Assembly (NCBI GenBank): GCA_028864975.1
Contig: JAGWLG010000001.1
Coordinates: 154,980 to 218,979, forward strand
Origin: Thermoplasmata archaeon
GTDB lineage: Archaea; Thermoplasmatota; Thermoplasmata; Lutacidiplasmatales; UBA184
Length of the DNA stretch: 64,000 bases
Direction: 5' to 3'
The stretch's first letter is position 1. Each line of letters starts with the position of its first letter. A model generated the notes under the pieces. It searched no databases, had not been told where the DNA came from, and saw only the letters and a program-made list of their open reading frames with translations. The position numbers and the translations under genes are program-made. Shown piece by piece: positions 17,913-26,166 of this stretch.

Positions 17913-19025
17913 ATGCTCGATCTGAGGCGCCTTGTCGCCCGGACGAGGACCCTGTGGGTTCGAGACCCCAAAGGGATGTCCATCGACCTCCTGCGCGTGG
18001 GGATAGGCATCGTCTGGTCGCTGAACTTGATTTTCATCCTCGACCCGAGCAACCAGTACTTCGCGATGTTCCAGATGACGGCGGCGGGCTTCGGCCCGAC
18101 CTCGGTGGGTGGGTCTGGTTTCGCAGACTTCGTGGCGAACTACCCCGTCTTCTTCGCGTGGGTGATCGCCCTGCTGACGGCCTACCTAGCGGTGGCCTTC
18201 CTGGCGGGATTCACTACCCGCCTGGCCTGCGTGATCGGGGCGCTCGCCTCCGTGGCCTTCCTGTTGACGCAGTTCTACGCGACCTTCACCCTGAGCGGCA
18301 TGGGCACGGACGTCGGCCCGCACCCGCTCTACGTCCTGATCTACCTCATCTTGTTCACTGGAGGGGCGGGGCAGTACTTCGCCATCGACCACTGGGTTTG
18401 GGCGAGCGGGAAGGCACGCTTCCCTCGCCTCTCCCGCTGGATCGCTTCGCCACGGGACCTCCCTTGCAATGCGACATGTCCCCATGCAGGACCACGACCA
18501 TCTGGGGCGAGCCTGATCTCGGGGGAGCTTCCGCCCTTGGACGGCGCGAACTCCAGTCCATCCACCCCTCCCAAGGTCTCGGGCCGAGGTTGGGCCGCGT
18601 TGGGGGTCTTCCTCATCGCCGTCCTCTTGTTGGCCGCCGCGGTCGTGTCGCTCCACCCCGGGGGGAGCGCGACTCCCCCCCCCGCCACGCAGGTCTCCAT
18701 CCAGGACGTCCAGTACACGCTCCTCTACCCGGGGAACGCCTCCCAGGGGGGTCTCGGCCCCGCGCACCAGGACGGATGTTTCGACTGCGCCATCGCGATC
18801 GCTCCAGGTTCCTCGGTCACGGAGCTGTTCATGGTCACCAACAACCATAGTGGCTCACCCACGACCGTCAGTGCGATCGTCGTGGGGGCCCCCTTCTCCC
18901 TCGCGGCCCCCACCGGTTGCCCGCGGACCCTTCCGGTGGGTTACATGTGGATGTTCAACATCGACTTGCGCGCTCCCGATGCACCGGGGACCTACACCGT
19001 CGCGCTCACGATCACGGTGACCTGA
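17913..19025 (+). CDS. DoxX/DoxD-like membrane protein fused to a TM-anchored C-terminal extracellular domain
   Basis: LLRVGIGIVW, AGFTTRLACVIG, GGAGQYFAIDHW DoxX signature; second TM, then a beta-rich domain with CFDC. Confidence 0.7.
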   Translation: MLDLRRLVARTRTLWVRDPKGMSIDLLRVGIGIVWSLNLIFILDPSNQYFAMFQMTAAGFGPTSVGGSGFADFVANYPVFFAWVIALLTAYLAVAFLAGFTTRLACVIGALASVAFLLTQFYATFTLSGMGTDVGPHPLYVLIYLILFTGGAGQYFAIDHWVWASGKARFPRLSRWIASPRDLPCNATCPHAGPRPSGASLISGELPPLDGANSSPSTPPKVSGRGWAALGVFLIAVLLLAAAVVSLHPGGSATPPPATQVSIQDVQYTLLYPGNASQGGLGPAHQDGCFDCAIAIAPGSSVTELFMVTNNHSGSPTTVSAIVVGAPFSLAAPTGCPRTLPVGYMWMFNIDLRAPDAPGTYTVALTITVT

Positions 19026-19105
19026 GGCCGCGCTGACCTCTGATAGCGCAGAGCGGGGAGATCCCTCCCGGCCTAGGGGCACGACCACCCTCGGAAGGAC
19101 AGGAC

Positions 19106-19609
19106 TCACTCGCTGGTCGCGGCGCTGCTCCTTGGCACGTCGGACCGAGCTACGATCCCGACAAGGCGCCCGTCCTTGACCACAGGGAGGCGATGGAATC
19201 CGCGAGCGTCCATCCTGAGCGCGGCTTCGGTCACCTCCTCGTCGGGATCAATGCTGACCACTTCCGAGGTCATGACCTCCTCGACCCTGAGACGTCCGAT
19301 CCTATCGCGAAGCACCTGGAGGGGCCCCATGGCGCTGACGGCAGTCCTCCCGAGGAGCATGTCGAGCCACTTGCGGGGGCTCTGCAGGACGAGGCCGGCG
19401 ACGGCGCTCTCCACGATGTCGCGTTCGCTCAGGACACCCACCACGTTCCCTTCCGCGTCGACCACGGGTGCTCCAGAGATGTGGTGCCGACGGAGGGTTC
19501 CCGCGGCGGCGCGGAGCGTGGCCGTCGGCCGGAGGCAGATGACCTTGTCATGCATCACCGACCTCACGGGGGAGTGCCCGCGGGGCCGTGTTCGCTCCAT
19601 GCTCTCCAC
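19106..19609 (-). CDS. CBS domain protein
   Basis: ISGAPVVD...GVLSERDIV; VMTSEVVSI...RLPVVKDGRLVGIVARSD. Confidence 0.9.
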   Translation of the reverse strand: MESMERTRPRGHSPVRSVMHDKVICLRPTATLRAAAGTLRRHHISGAPVVDAEGNVVGVLSERDIVESAVAGLVLQSPRKWLDMLLGRTAVSAMGPLQVLRDRIGRLRVEEVMTSEVVSIDPDEEVTEAALRMDARGFHRLPVVKDGRLVGIVARSDVPRSSAATSE

Positions 19610-19628
19610 GATCGGTGACCGCCCTGCC

Positions 19629-19740
19629 GGCTATTTCGACCCACAGTGGAGGCTCGTTCACCGAGGTTGCCAGGGGGTCCGCGCGGGGTCCGTTGAAGTT
19701 CCGAGAGGTCAAGCCCATTCCACCATTCTCCGAAATAGCC
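19629..19740. promoter_or_regulatory. divergent promoter with mirrored CGAAATAGCC elements
   Basis: GGCTATTTCG 19629-19638 and CGAAATAGCC 19731-19740, each ending 20 nt from the respective start codon. Confidence 0.6.
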
Positions 19741-19759
19741 TCGGCCGGCTGGTGGGGCC

Positions 19760-20317
19760 ATGCATGAGAAGCTCGTCTCCGATGCCATGACCCGCCCGGT
19801 CCGATTCGTCCGGCCCGAAGATACCCTGGCGACGGCCGCCGGAATCATGCGGGAGCACCATATCTCGGGGCTTCCCGTCCTGGACCCCGATGGCAAGCTC
19901 TGTGGCATTATCAGCGAACGCGACATTGTCAAGGAGCTGCACAAGGCAACGGGAGTGGGGTCTCCGCGAGGTCTCCTCGACATCATTCTGGAGGCTCCGA
20001 GCGTCGGAGGGGTTTCCTCCCTCGAGGCGACTCGTCGGAGGCTGCAGCATGCCCGGGTGGAGGAGGCGATGTCGGGGCGGCCAGTGACGGTCGACGCCGA
20101 CGATACCTTGGAGGAGGCGATCCGGATCTTCCGGCAGTACAGTGTGAACCGCCTGCCGGTCATGGACAAGGAGAGGATGGTGGGTATCCTCACGCGACAG
20201 GACGCCATCATCGCGCTCGCCGGTGAAGTGCGCCGAAGCGCGAACCTTCCCACACGCTTGATTCCTCAGGCACACCCAGGGCGGCCCAGGTTGGTCACTC
20301 CCTCTTCCCGAGGTTGA
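19760..20317 (+). CDS. CBS domain protein
   Basis: ISGLPVLD...GIISERDIV; VNRLPVMDKERMVGILTRQD. Confidence 0.9.
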   Translation: MHEKLVSDAMTRPVRFVRPEDTLATAAGIMREHHISGLPVLDPDGKLCGIISERDIVKELHKATGVGSPRGLLDIILEAPSVGGVSSLEATRRRLQHARVEEAMSGRPVTVDADDTLEEAIRIFRQYSVNRLPVMDKERMVGILTRQDAIIALAGEVRRSANLPTRLIPQAHPGRPRLVTPSSRG

Positions 20318-20348
20318 AGCGCTTCTCGTAGAACACGGAGGTGAAAGC

Positions 20349-20870
20349 ATGGCCAAGAACTCCCCCAGTTCCATAGTCGTCTGCGTGGACGGGTCGGCAC
20401 CGGCGGAAGAAGCGTTCGAACAGGCACTCGACCTATGTTTGAAGCTCGGGCGCCCGATGCAGGTGGTGACCGTCGTGCCTTCCGCGAACATCTACTACCT
20501 CACGGGGCCTCCTCCCGCCGTCCCGGACGAAGAACAGGTCCGCTACCACTGGGAGCTCGCAGCTCGGTACGTCGAACGCGCAAAGGCGCGGGGTGTGAAA
20601 GAGGCGGGATTCGTCGTCCTGGATGGGAACCCCGTGGACGCCATCCTGGACCACCTGGAGCGGGAGCCTATCGAGCTCTTGGTCGTGGGCGCTCGGGGAC
20701 TCTCGAGGACCCAGAGGCTGCTCCTGGGCAGCGTCTCCTCCGCGCTCGTCCAGCAGGCGAAGTGCTCCATCCTGGTCGCGAAGGTCAAGGTGCGAGGGGT
20801 CTCGGCCGCGACGGACCTCGACCGGTCTCCCCAGAAGACGAGGCGGGTCGAAGCGGCTCCCTTCGCGTGA
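20349..20870 (+). CDS. universal stress protein (UspA family)
   Basis: IVVCVDGS, LLVVGARG...LLLGSVSSALVQQAKCSILV. Confidence 0.93.
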   Translation: MAKNSPSSIVVCVDGSAPAEEAFEQALDLCLKLGRPMQVVTVVPSANIYYLTGPPPAVPDEEQVRYHWELAARYVERAKARGVKEAGFVVLDGNPVDAILDHLEREPIELLVVGARGLSRTQRLLLGSVSSALVQQAKCSILVAKVKVRGVSAATDLDRSPQKTRRVEAAPFA

Positions 20871-20913
20871 GCTGAGGCATCTGGGCCGCTGAAGATCCAA
20901 CGTTCTGGGTGGC

Positions 20914-21477
20914 CTACGGCTCCGCGATGGGCCAGTGGCCCAGTAGGTCCCGCCGTGTGACGATTCCCACCAGGCGTCCGCCCTCAACCACCGGGAGGCG
21001 GTTCACCCTTCGTGCCTTCATGCGCCGGACGGCCTCTCCCAGGGGTGCCGATGCATCGATGGTCTCAGCTGGGGAGGTCATCGCATCCTCGGCCTTGAGC
21101 GAGCGCAACCCCTCTCGGAGGTCGCGCATCGCATCCGGGCGGCTCCATGGCGAGGTCGGGAGTAGCAGATCGAGAACCTCCAGGGGACGAGAGGTCAGCC
21201 AGCGAGACCCCACCGAGTGAGCGATATCCCTCTCGCTGAGCACGCCGAGCACCTGCCCATCCAGAGCCACGACAGGTGCTCCGGAGACCCCTCCGTTGCG
21301 GAGACGCGCAAGGGCCACCGCCAGATTGTCCTGGGGTGCGATCTGCACGACCGGGACGTTCATGGCCTCCCGCACCGTGACGTACGGAAGGAGAGGAGAA
21401 GCACCGATCAAGGTCGTGGCGGTGCGAGTCCCCGCGGCTCCACGAGAGGAGCTCCGTAGGTGCGAGGCCGTCCTCAT
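20914..21477 (-). CDS. CBS domain protein
   Basis: VSGAPVV...GVLSERDIA; VNRLPVVEGGRLVGIVTRRD. Confidence 0.9.
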   Translation of the reverse strand: MRTASHLRSSSRGAAGTRTATTLIGASPLLPYVTVREAMNVPVVQIAPQDNLAVALARLRNGGVSGAPVVALDGQVLGVLSERDIAHSVGSRWLTSRPLEVLDLLLPTSPWSRPDAMRDLREGLRSLKAEDAMTSPAETIDASAPLGEAVRRMKARRVNRLPVVEGGRLVGIVTRRDLLGHWPIAEP

Positions 21478-22031
21478 GCGGGTATCACCGCCTGCACCCT
21501 CCCCCGGGGTGCCGCGCGCGCAGCCTCCGTCTCCCTCGCCCCCGAGAGCGCCCGAATCAGGTCGGTCCTGGTGATGATCCCGACGAGCCTTCCGTTCGAG
21601 TCGACCACGGGCAGACGATTGATCCGCCGTCCCACCATCAGCTCAGCGGCTTCCCGGATCGAACCGCCCGCGTTGATGGTTACCGCCGGTGAGGTCATGC
21701 AGGACCCGACCCGAAGATGCCGCAACCGATTGATCACGAGCTGGAAGGGGTCTCGGCTGTCGTCACGGGGAGCGCGCAGGAACATCTCCAAGAACCCTGG
21801 TAGGGAGTCAACGCCTTTCACTGGAGACAGGCTACGAGCCACGTCGATCTCGCTCACGACCGCCACCAGCTTCCCGTCGGGATCCAGGACGGGAAACCCC
21901 GCGATCCGAAGCGCCTTCATCCGAGCGACGACGAGGTCGAGAGTGTCGGAAACTAGGACCGTCGTCACGTTCCCGCTCATGTACCGATCTACCCGTTCGA
22001 CGAGGACGCTCGAGCCCGATTCGCTCTGCAT
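21474..22031 (-). CDS. CBS domain protein
   Basis: IAGFPVLD...VVSEIDVA; INRLPVVDSNGRLVGIITRTD. Confidence 0.9.
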   Translation of the reverse strand: MQSESGSSVLVERVDRYMSGNVTTVLVSDTLDLVVARMKALRIAGFPVLDPDGKLVAVVSEIDVARSLSPVKGVDSLPGFLEMFLRAPRDDSRDPFQLVINRLRHLRVGSCMTSPAVTINAGGSIREAAELMVGRRINRLPVVDSNGRLVGIITRTDLIRALSGARETEAARAAPRGRVQAVIPA

Positions 22032-22090
22032 GTTGCTCCTCACCTTCCTCCCACGTACCTGGAGACCGAGACCCCGTGCCCACCGATTCC

Positions 22091-22468
22091 TTACGCTCCT
22101 ATGGGCTGATTGACGACTACGTTGGTCAGGTCGAAGATCTCCTCCAGGAACCTCGGCACGTTCAAGGGGAGATGGATCACCCGGAGCATCCCGTGAGAGC
22201 GAAGGTGGGCATCGCGCGAGCCGACCACCACCAGGGGAAGGTCCGACAAGCTCCCGTTGATCCACCCCTGGACCGCAGGGCTATAGTGACCGTTCGAAGC
22301 GACCACGAGCAACATGGTCTCTTGGCCGCGAGATCTCGAAACGAGCGGCCGTGCTTCGCTCAGGTCCCGGGCGCAGCAGACCCGATATCCCTCCGCTTCG
22401 AAGAGGTCGGTCAGCCCTGCCCCTAGCGAGGGGCTCTCGTTGATGATCACCAGCGTGGCTCTCGGCAT
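22091..22468 (-). CDS. atypical (degenerate) receiver-domain protein
   Basis: LVIINES...LFEAEGYRVCCARDLSEA...LPLVVVG...IHLPLNVPRFLEEI receiver-like pattern; phospho-Asp and Lys not evident. Confidence 0.6.
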   Translation of the reverse strand: MPRATLVIINESPSLGAGLTDLFEAEGYRVCCARDLSEARPLVSRSRGQETMLLVVASNGHYSPAVQGWINGSLSDLPLVVVGSRDAHLRSHGMLRVIHLPLNVPRFLEEIFDLTNVVVNQPIGA

Positions 22469-22587
22469 CCAAACCACCACCCCGGAGGGTGAGAAGAACA
22501 CCTCGTCAATCCGAATCCACCTCAGCGGGGGCTGCCCACCCTCCCCGCCCCCCCTGCTACCCTGTCGGGAGGCTCTATGGGGGAACC

Positions 22588-24075
22588 ATGGTTACCTCCA
22601 CAGCCGTGACGGGGTCGGAGCGTCTCCAACTGGTGGAGCGCCTGCTAGCTGAGGCTCCATGCGGCGTGGCGGTCGTCCAAGAACCCTGCGAGCTCGTCTG
22701 GGCCAACGAGAGGTTCATCTCGGTCACCGGCCGACCTCGGACCCACATGCCCGCCGACCTTCGGCAAGTCGAGCGTCTTCAGGGAGGCCCTGTCGTGAGA
22801 GCCCTTGAGCAGGCGCTCAAGGAGGGGCGGTCCGTGACCATTCCCGACGTTCTTCTCGTGTCCCGCCCGTCGGTGAGGTACGCGGACATCCACATCTGGC
22901 CCCTTCCAGGACCGACCAACGAACCTCGGATGGTCGTGGCGACGCTCTACGACCAGACCGAGCGCGTCGCGGACCGGGCCCGAGCGCGCCTCTTCTACGA
23001 GTCGTTCCTCACTTCGTCGAACGCGATCGAGGTCACGGATCGCTCCGGGGTCCTCGTCGACGTGAACCCTGCGTTCGAACGCGTGTATGGGTACACTCGG
23101 GCGGAATGCATCGGGAAGAAGCCCAGCCTCGTTCGGAGCAGGAAGACCCCTCCCGAGCTCTACGAGAAGATGTGGAAAGACCTGACAGACCCGACGATCG
23201 GCCACTGGTCCGGAGAGATCGCCAACCGCGACCGGCGGGGGCATGACCGCCAGGTCTTCCTAACCATCACCGCCATCCGCGATGAGTTGGGGGAGATCAC
23301 CCACTATCTCGGCGTAGCCGTGGACCTCACGCAGCAAAAGGCGTGGGAGCAAGGCGCAGCGCACGCCGAGCGTCTCGCATCCCTGGGAAGGGTCGCCGCG
23401 GGCGTTGCCCATGAGATCAACACTCCCCTCGCGAACATTCTTCTCGTGGCGGAGAGCATCCGTCGGAGGACCCAAGACCCCTGGATGATCTCCCGGGTCG
23501 CTGCGATGTCCTCCCAGGTCGAGGTCGCGGCCAAGATCGTCCGGAGCCTATTGGAGTTCTCACGAAGGAGCGAGCCACACTTCCAGGAGCTCGATCTCGT
23601 CAGGGTCGCCAAGGACGCGGTAGAGTTCCTGCAGGGGAAGCAGTCCGCCGACGTCGAGGTGTCGGAGCGCTATCCCTCCGGACCTGTCGCCATCCACGGT
23701 GACCGTGGCCAGCTCATTCAGGTTCTGACGAACATCCTCAATAACGCGTACGAAGCGATCGAGGGCGCAGGACGGATCACGCTCGAGGTCCGCGAGGACC
23801 ATGGCTCCGCGGTCGTGATCATTTCCGACTCCGGGAAGGGCATCGCCCCGGAGGCGCTCCCGCACATCTTCGAGCCGTTCTTCACGACCAAGGAGGAGGG
23901 AAAAGGCACAGGGCTTGGGCTGGCGATCTGTCACGGGATCGTTCAGTCGCACCAGGGGACCATTCTCGCGGAGAACATCCCCCAAGGAGGGGCGGCGTTC
24001 ACCATACGGATCCCGTTGAGAACGCCTCCCCCTCCGGGCTCGACGTTGGACGAACCCCCGGCGATCCATCGGTAG
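22588..24075 (+). CDS. cytoplasmic PAS-domain sensor histidine kinase
   Basis: PAS (VNPAFERVYGY...WSGEIANR); H-box GVAHEINTPL; N-box QVLTNILNNA; DSGKG, FEPFFTTK, GTGLGL; no TM. Confidence 0.95.
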   Translation: MVTSTAVTGSERLQLVERLLAEAPCGVAVVQEPCELVWANERFISVTGRPRTHMPADLRQVERLQGGPVVRALEQALKEGRSVTIPDVLLVSRPSVRYADIHIWPLPGPTNEPRMVVATLYDQTERVADRARARLFYESFLTSSNAIEVTDRSGVLVDVNPAFERVYGYTRAECIGKKPSLVRSRKTPPELYEKMWKDLTDPTIGHWSGEIANRDRRGHDRQVFLTITAIRDELGEITHYLGVAVDLTQQKAWEQGAAHAERLASLGRVAAGVAHEINTPLANILLVAESIRRRTQDPWMISRVAAMSSQVEVAAKIVRSLLEFSRRSEPHFQELDLVRVAKDAVEFLQGKQSADVEVSERYPSGPVAIHGDRGQLIQVLTNILNNAYEAIEGAGRITLEVREDHGSAVVIISDSGKGIAPEALPHIFEPFFTTKEEGKGTGLGLAICHGIVQSHQGTILAENIPQGGAAFTIRIPLRTPPPPGSTLDEPPAIHR

Positions 24076-24150
24076 GGAGAGACGAGCGGGGACCTCCGCT
24101 CGTCAATTCGGATTGACCCCGCGAGGAAATACGCGTGAACTATCCTTCTC

Positions 24151-25326
24151 TTGATGACCCGGCCAGGTTCCGTCCCGTTGGAGGGTCAACTCCTTGAACG
24201 ACCCGCCTCTCCGGACGAGCAGCGCTCCGCTCCCAGGTTCGCGCCCGCGGTCGCACCAACCCTTAAGACCCCTTCCCCGGGTGCGGCCCCTGTGCAGGTC
24301 CTCGTCGTCGACGATGATGCCATGTTCCGCGAGGAGCTCGCCGAGCTCCTGAAGGGGGAGGGCCACCGCGTCCACACCGCTCCCTCCGTTCAGAAGGCCG
24401 TCGAGGAGCTGGAGCAGCAGGACTTTGATGTGGTCCTGACCGACCTGAAGATGCCCCGCCACAGCGGCCTCGAGCTCCTCACCCAGGTCCGGCAACGCTG
24501 GCCACGCACCCTTGTCGTCATGATCACAGGGTTCGCCACGGTCGAGACGGCGGTGGCAGCCATGAAGGCCGGGGCGTTCGACTACGTCCGCAAACCGTTC
24601 CAGATCGAGCAGGTTCGGAAGGTCCTGGAACTTGCCGGTCAGGAGCTCCAGTTCCAGGCGGGTGGACAGGATGCGCCCGACATCGATTCCCTCGCCCGGA
24701 CCTGGGTGAGGAAGAAGGGGCTCGACGTCCTCATGGTCACCCAGCGAACCCCCCATCCACACCCGGGGATCACGGTCTTCGCCGCGGACCTCGCGAATCC
24801 CTCGAGGATCCGGGAGGTCGTGGACTCCTTCGTTCTGCCTCGGGAGAAGGCGGCGGTCATCCTCGAGAGAGCGGACCAACTGATCCAAGGCCACCGCCGC
24901 CAGGACATCGTCGACTTCCTGAGCGACCTTCGAGGCAAGCTCGAGAAGAAGGGACCCTTCGTCGTGACCTTCGACCCCAAGCAGATCACGGTCGGGGACC
25001 TCAAGGAGGTCCGAGCCGCGGTCGTCGCACCCAACACGCATGCGACGCTCGAGGCGTTGGCGAACCCCCTACGACGCTCCGTGCTGCGGAGGGTGGCTCA
25101 GGGTCCTTGCTCCTTCACCCAGGCCATGCAAGCCGTGGGTCTCGACGATTCACCCAAGCTCTCCTTCCATCTCCGTCGGCTCGTCGAGGAGGGATTGCTG
25201 ACCCACCAGGATGAGGAATATCGGATCACCCCTAAGGGCTCGGAGACCGCGAAGCTCCTGGCAGAGATCGACGAGCTATCGACCGCCTTCACCGACGGCA
25301 ACGCGGTCGTTCCCGCACGTCTCTGA
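24151..25326 (+). CDS. response regulator, REC + DUF835-like + winged-HTH (ArsR-like)
   Basis: VLVVDDD, LTDLKMP, DYVRKPF; middle LMVTQRTP...VILERADQLI...VVTFDP; C-terminal ALANPLRRSVL...KLSFHLRRLVEEGLL. Confidence 0.85.
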   Translation: MMTRPGSVPLEGQLLERPASPDEQRSAPRFAPAVAPTLKTPSPGAAPVQVLVVDDDAMFREELAELLKGEGHRVHTAPSVQKAVEELEQQDFDVVLTDLKMPRHSGLELLTQVRQRWPRTLVVMITGFATVETAVAAMKAGAFDYVRKPFQIEQVRKVLELAGQELQFQAGGQDAPDIDSLARTWVRKKGLDVLMVTQRTPHPHPGITVFAADLANPSRIREVVDSFVLPREKAAVILERADQLIQGHRRQDIVDFLSDLRGKLEKKGPFVVTFDPKQITVGDLKEVRAAVVAPNTHATLEALANPLRRSVLRRVAQGPCSFTQAMQAVGLDDSPKLSFHLRRLVEEGLLTHQDEEYRITPKGSETAKLLAEIDELSTAFTDGNAVVPARL

Positions 25327-25418
25327 TCCTCCGAGCTCGCCCGGCCCTCCCTCGGGCGTGGCGCCGGGTCCACTCACGGCTCAAATCGTGCTCCCGGCGA
25401 TGTCCTAGGCGGGGCTAT

Positions 25419-26132
25419 GTGATGTCGACCCGCTCCCTCGCCCACACTCCCGCGTTCGCGGACCGCTACGAGGCCGGTCGGCTCCTCGCGTACCAGATGC
25501 GACACCTCTCCGACGAGGCCCCGATCGTGCTTGCCCTCCCCCGAGGCGGGGTTCCGTTGGGGTACGAGGTGGCACGCGGCCTCACCGCACCGCTCGACCT
25601 TCTCCTCGTCCGAAAGATCCCCGCTCCGGGCCGTCCTGAGCTGACCGTTGGGGTCGTAGGAGAGGGTGGGGCGGTGCGCATCGACGAGGCCGTGGTGCGA
25701 GAACACCACATCCGATGGGGTGACCTCGACGAGGTGATCCTTCACGAGCAGGAGGAGATCGAGCGTCAAGCGTGGAAGTACTATCGGGGCCGCCCTCGCA
25801 TCGGCGTCAAGGACCGGGTCGTGGTGCTCGTTGATGATGGGGTCGGCACGGGGCGGACAGCGACCTTCGCGATCGAGGGGCTGCGACGGGATTCTCCCAA
25901 GAAGGTCGTCCTCGGTGTGGGCGTCGTCGCCCCCGAGGCCTACCCCGGCCTCCTCCGGATCACGGATGGGGTCTACAGCCCTCTTGTCCCCGGGCTCTTC
26001 CACTCCATCGGTGAGTGGTATCGCGAGTTCGAACCGATAGGGGAACTTGAGATCGAGAGGCTCCTGCAGGAGATCCATCACTTGCACGACGCGGATGCCC
26101 TCCCCGTCCCCCAGCGGGCCCGGGTCGCGTAG
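25419..26132 (+). CDS. phosphoribosyltransferase family protein (Rv0571c/Rv2030c N-terminal type)
   Basis: FADRYEAGRLLA, LALPRGGVP, VRKIPAPG, VVLVDDGVGTG. Confidence 0.9.
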   Translation: MMSTRSLAHTPAFADRYEAGRLLAYQMRHLSDEAPIVLALPRGGVPLGYEVARGLTAPLDLLLVRKIPAPGRPELTVGVVGEGGAVRIDEAVVREHHIRWGDLDEVILHEQEEIERQAWKYYRGRPRIGVKDRVVVLVDDGVGTGRTATFAIEGLRRDSPKKVVLGVGVVAPEAYPGLLRITDGVYSPLVPGLFHSIGEWYREFEPIGELEIERLLQEIHHLHDADALPVPQRARVA

Positions 26133-26166
26133 CCGGCCGACCTCCCCGGGCCTCCGACGGCGGTCC

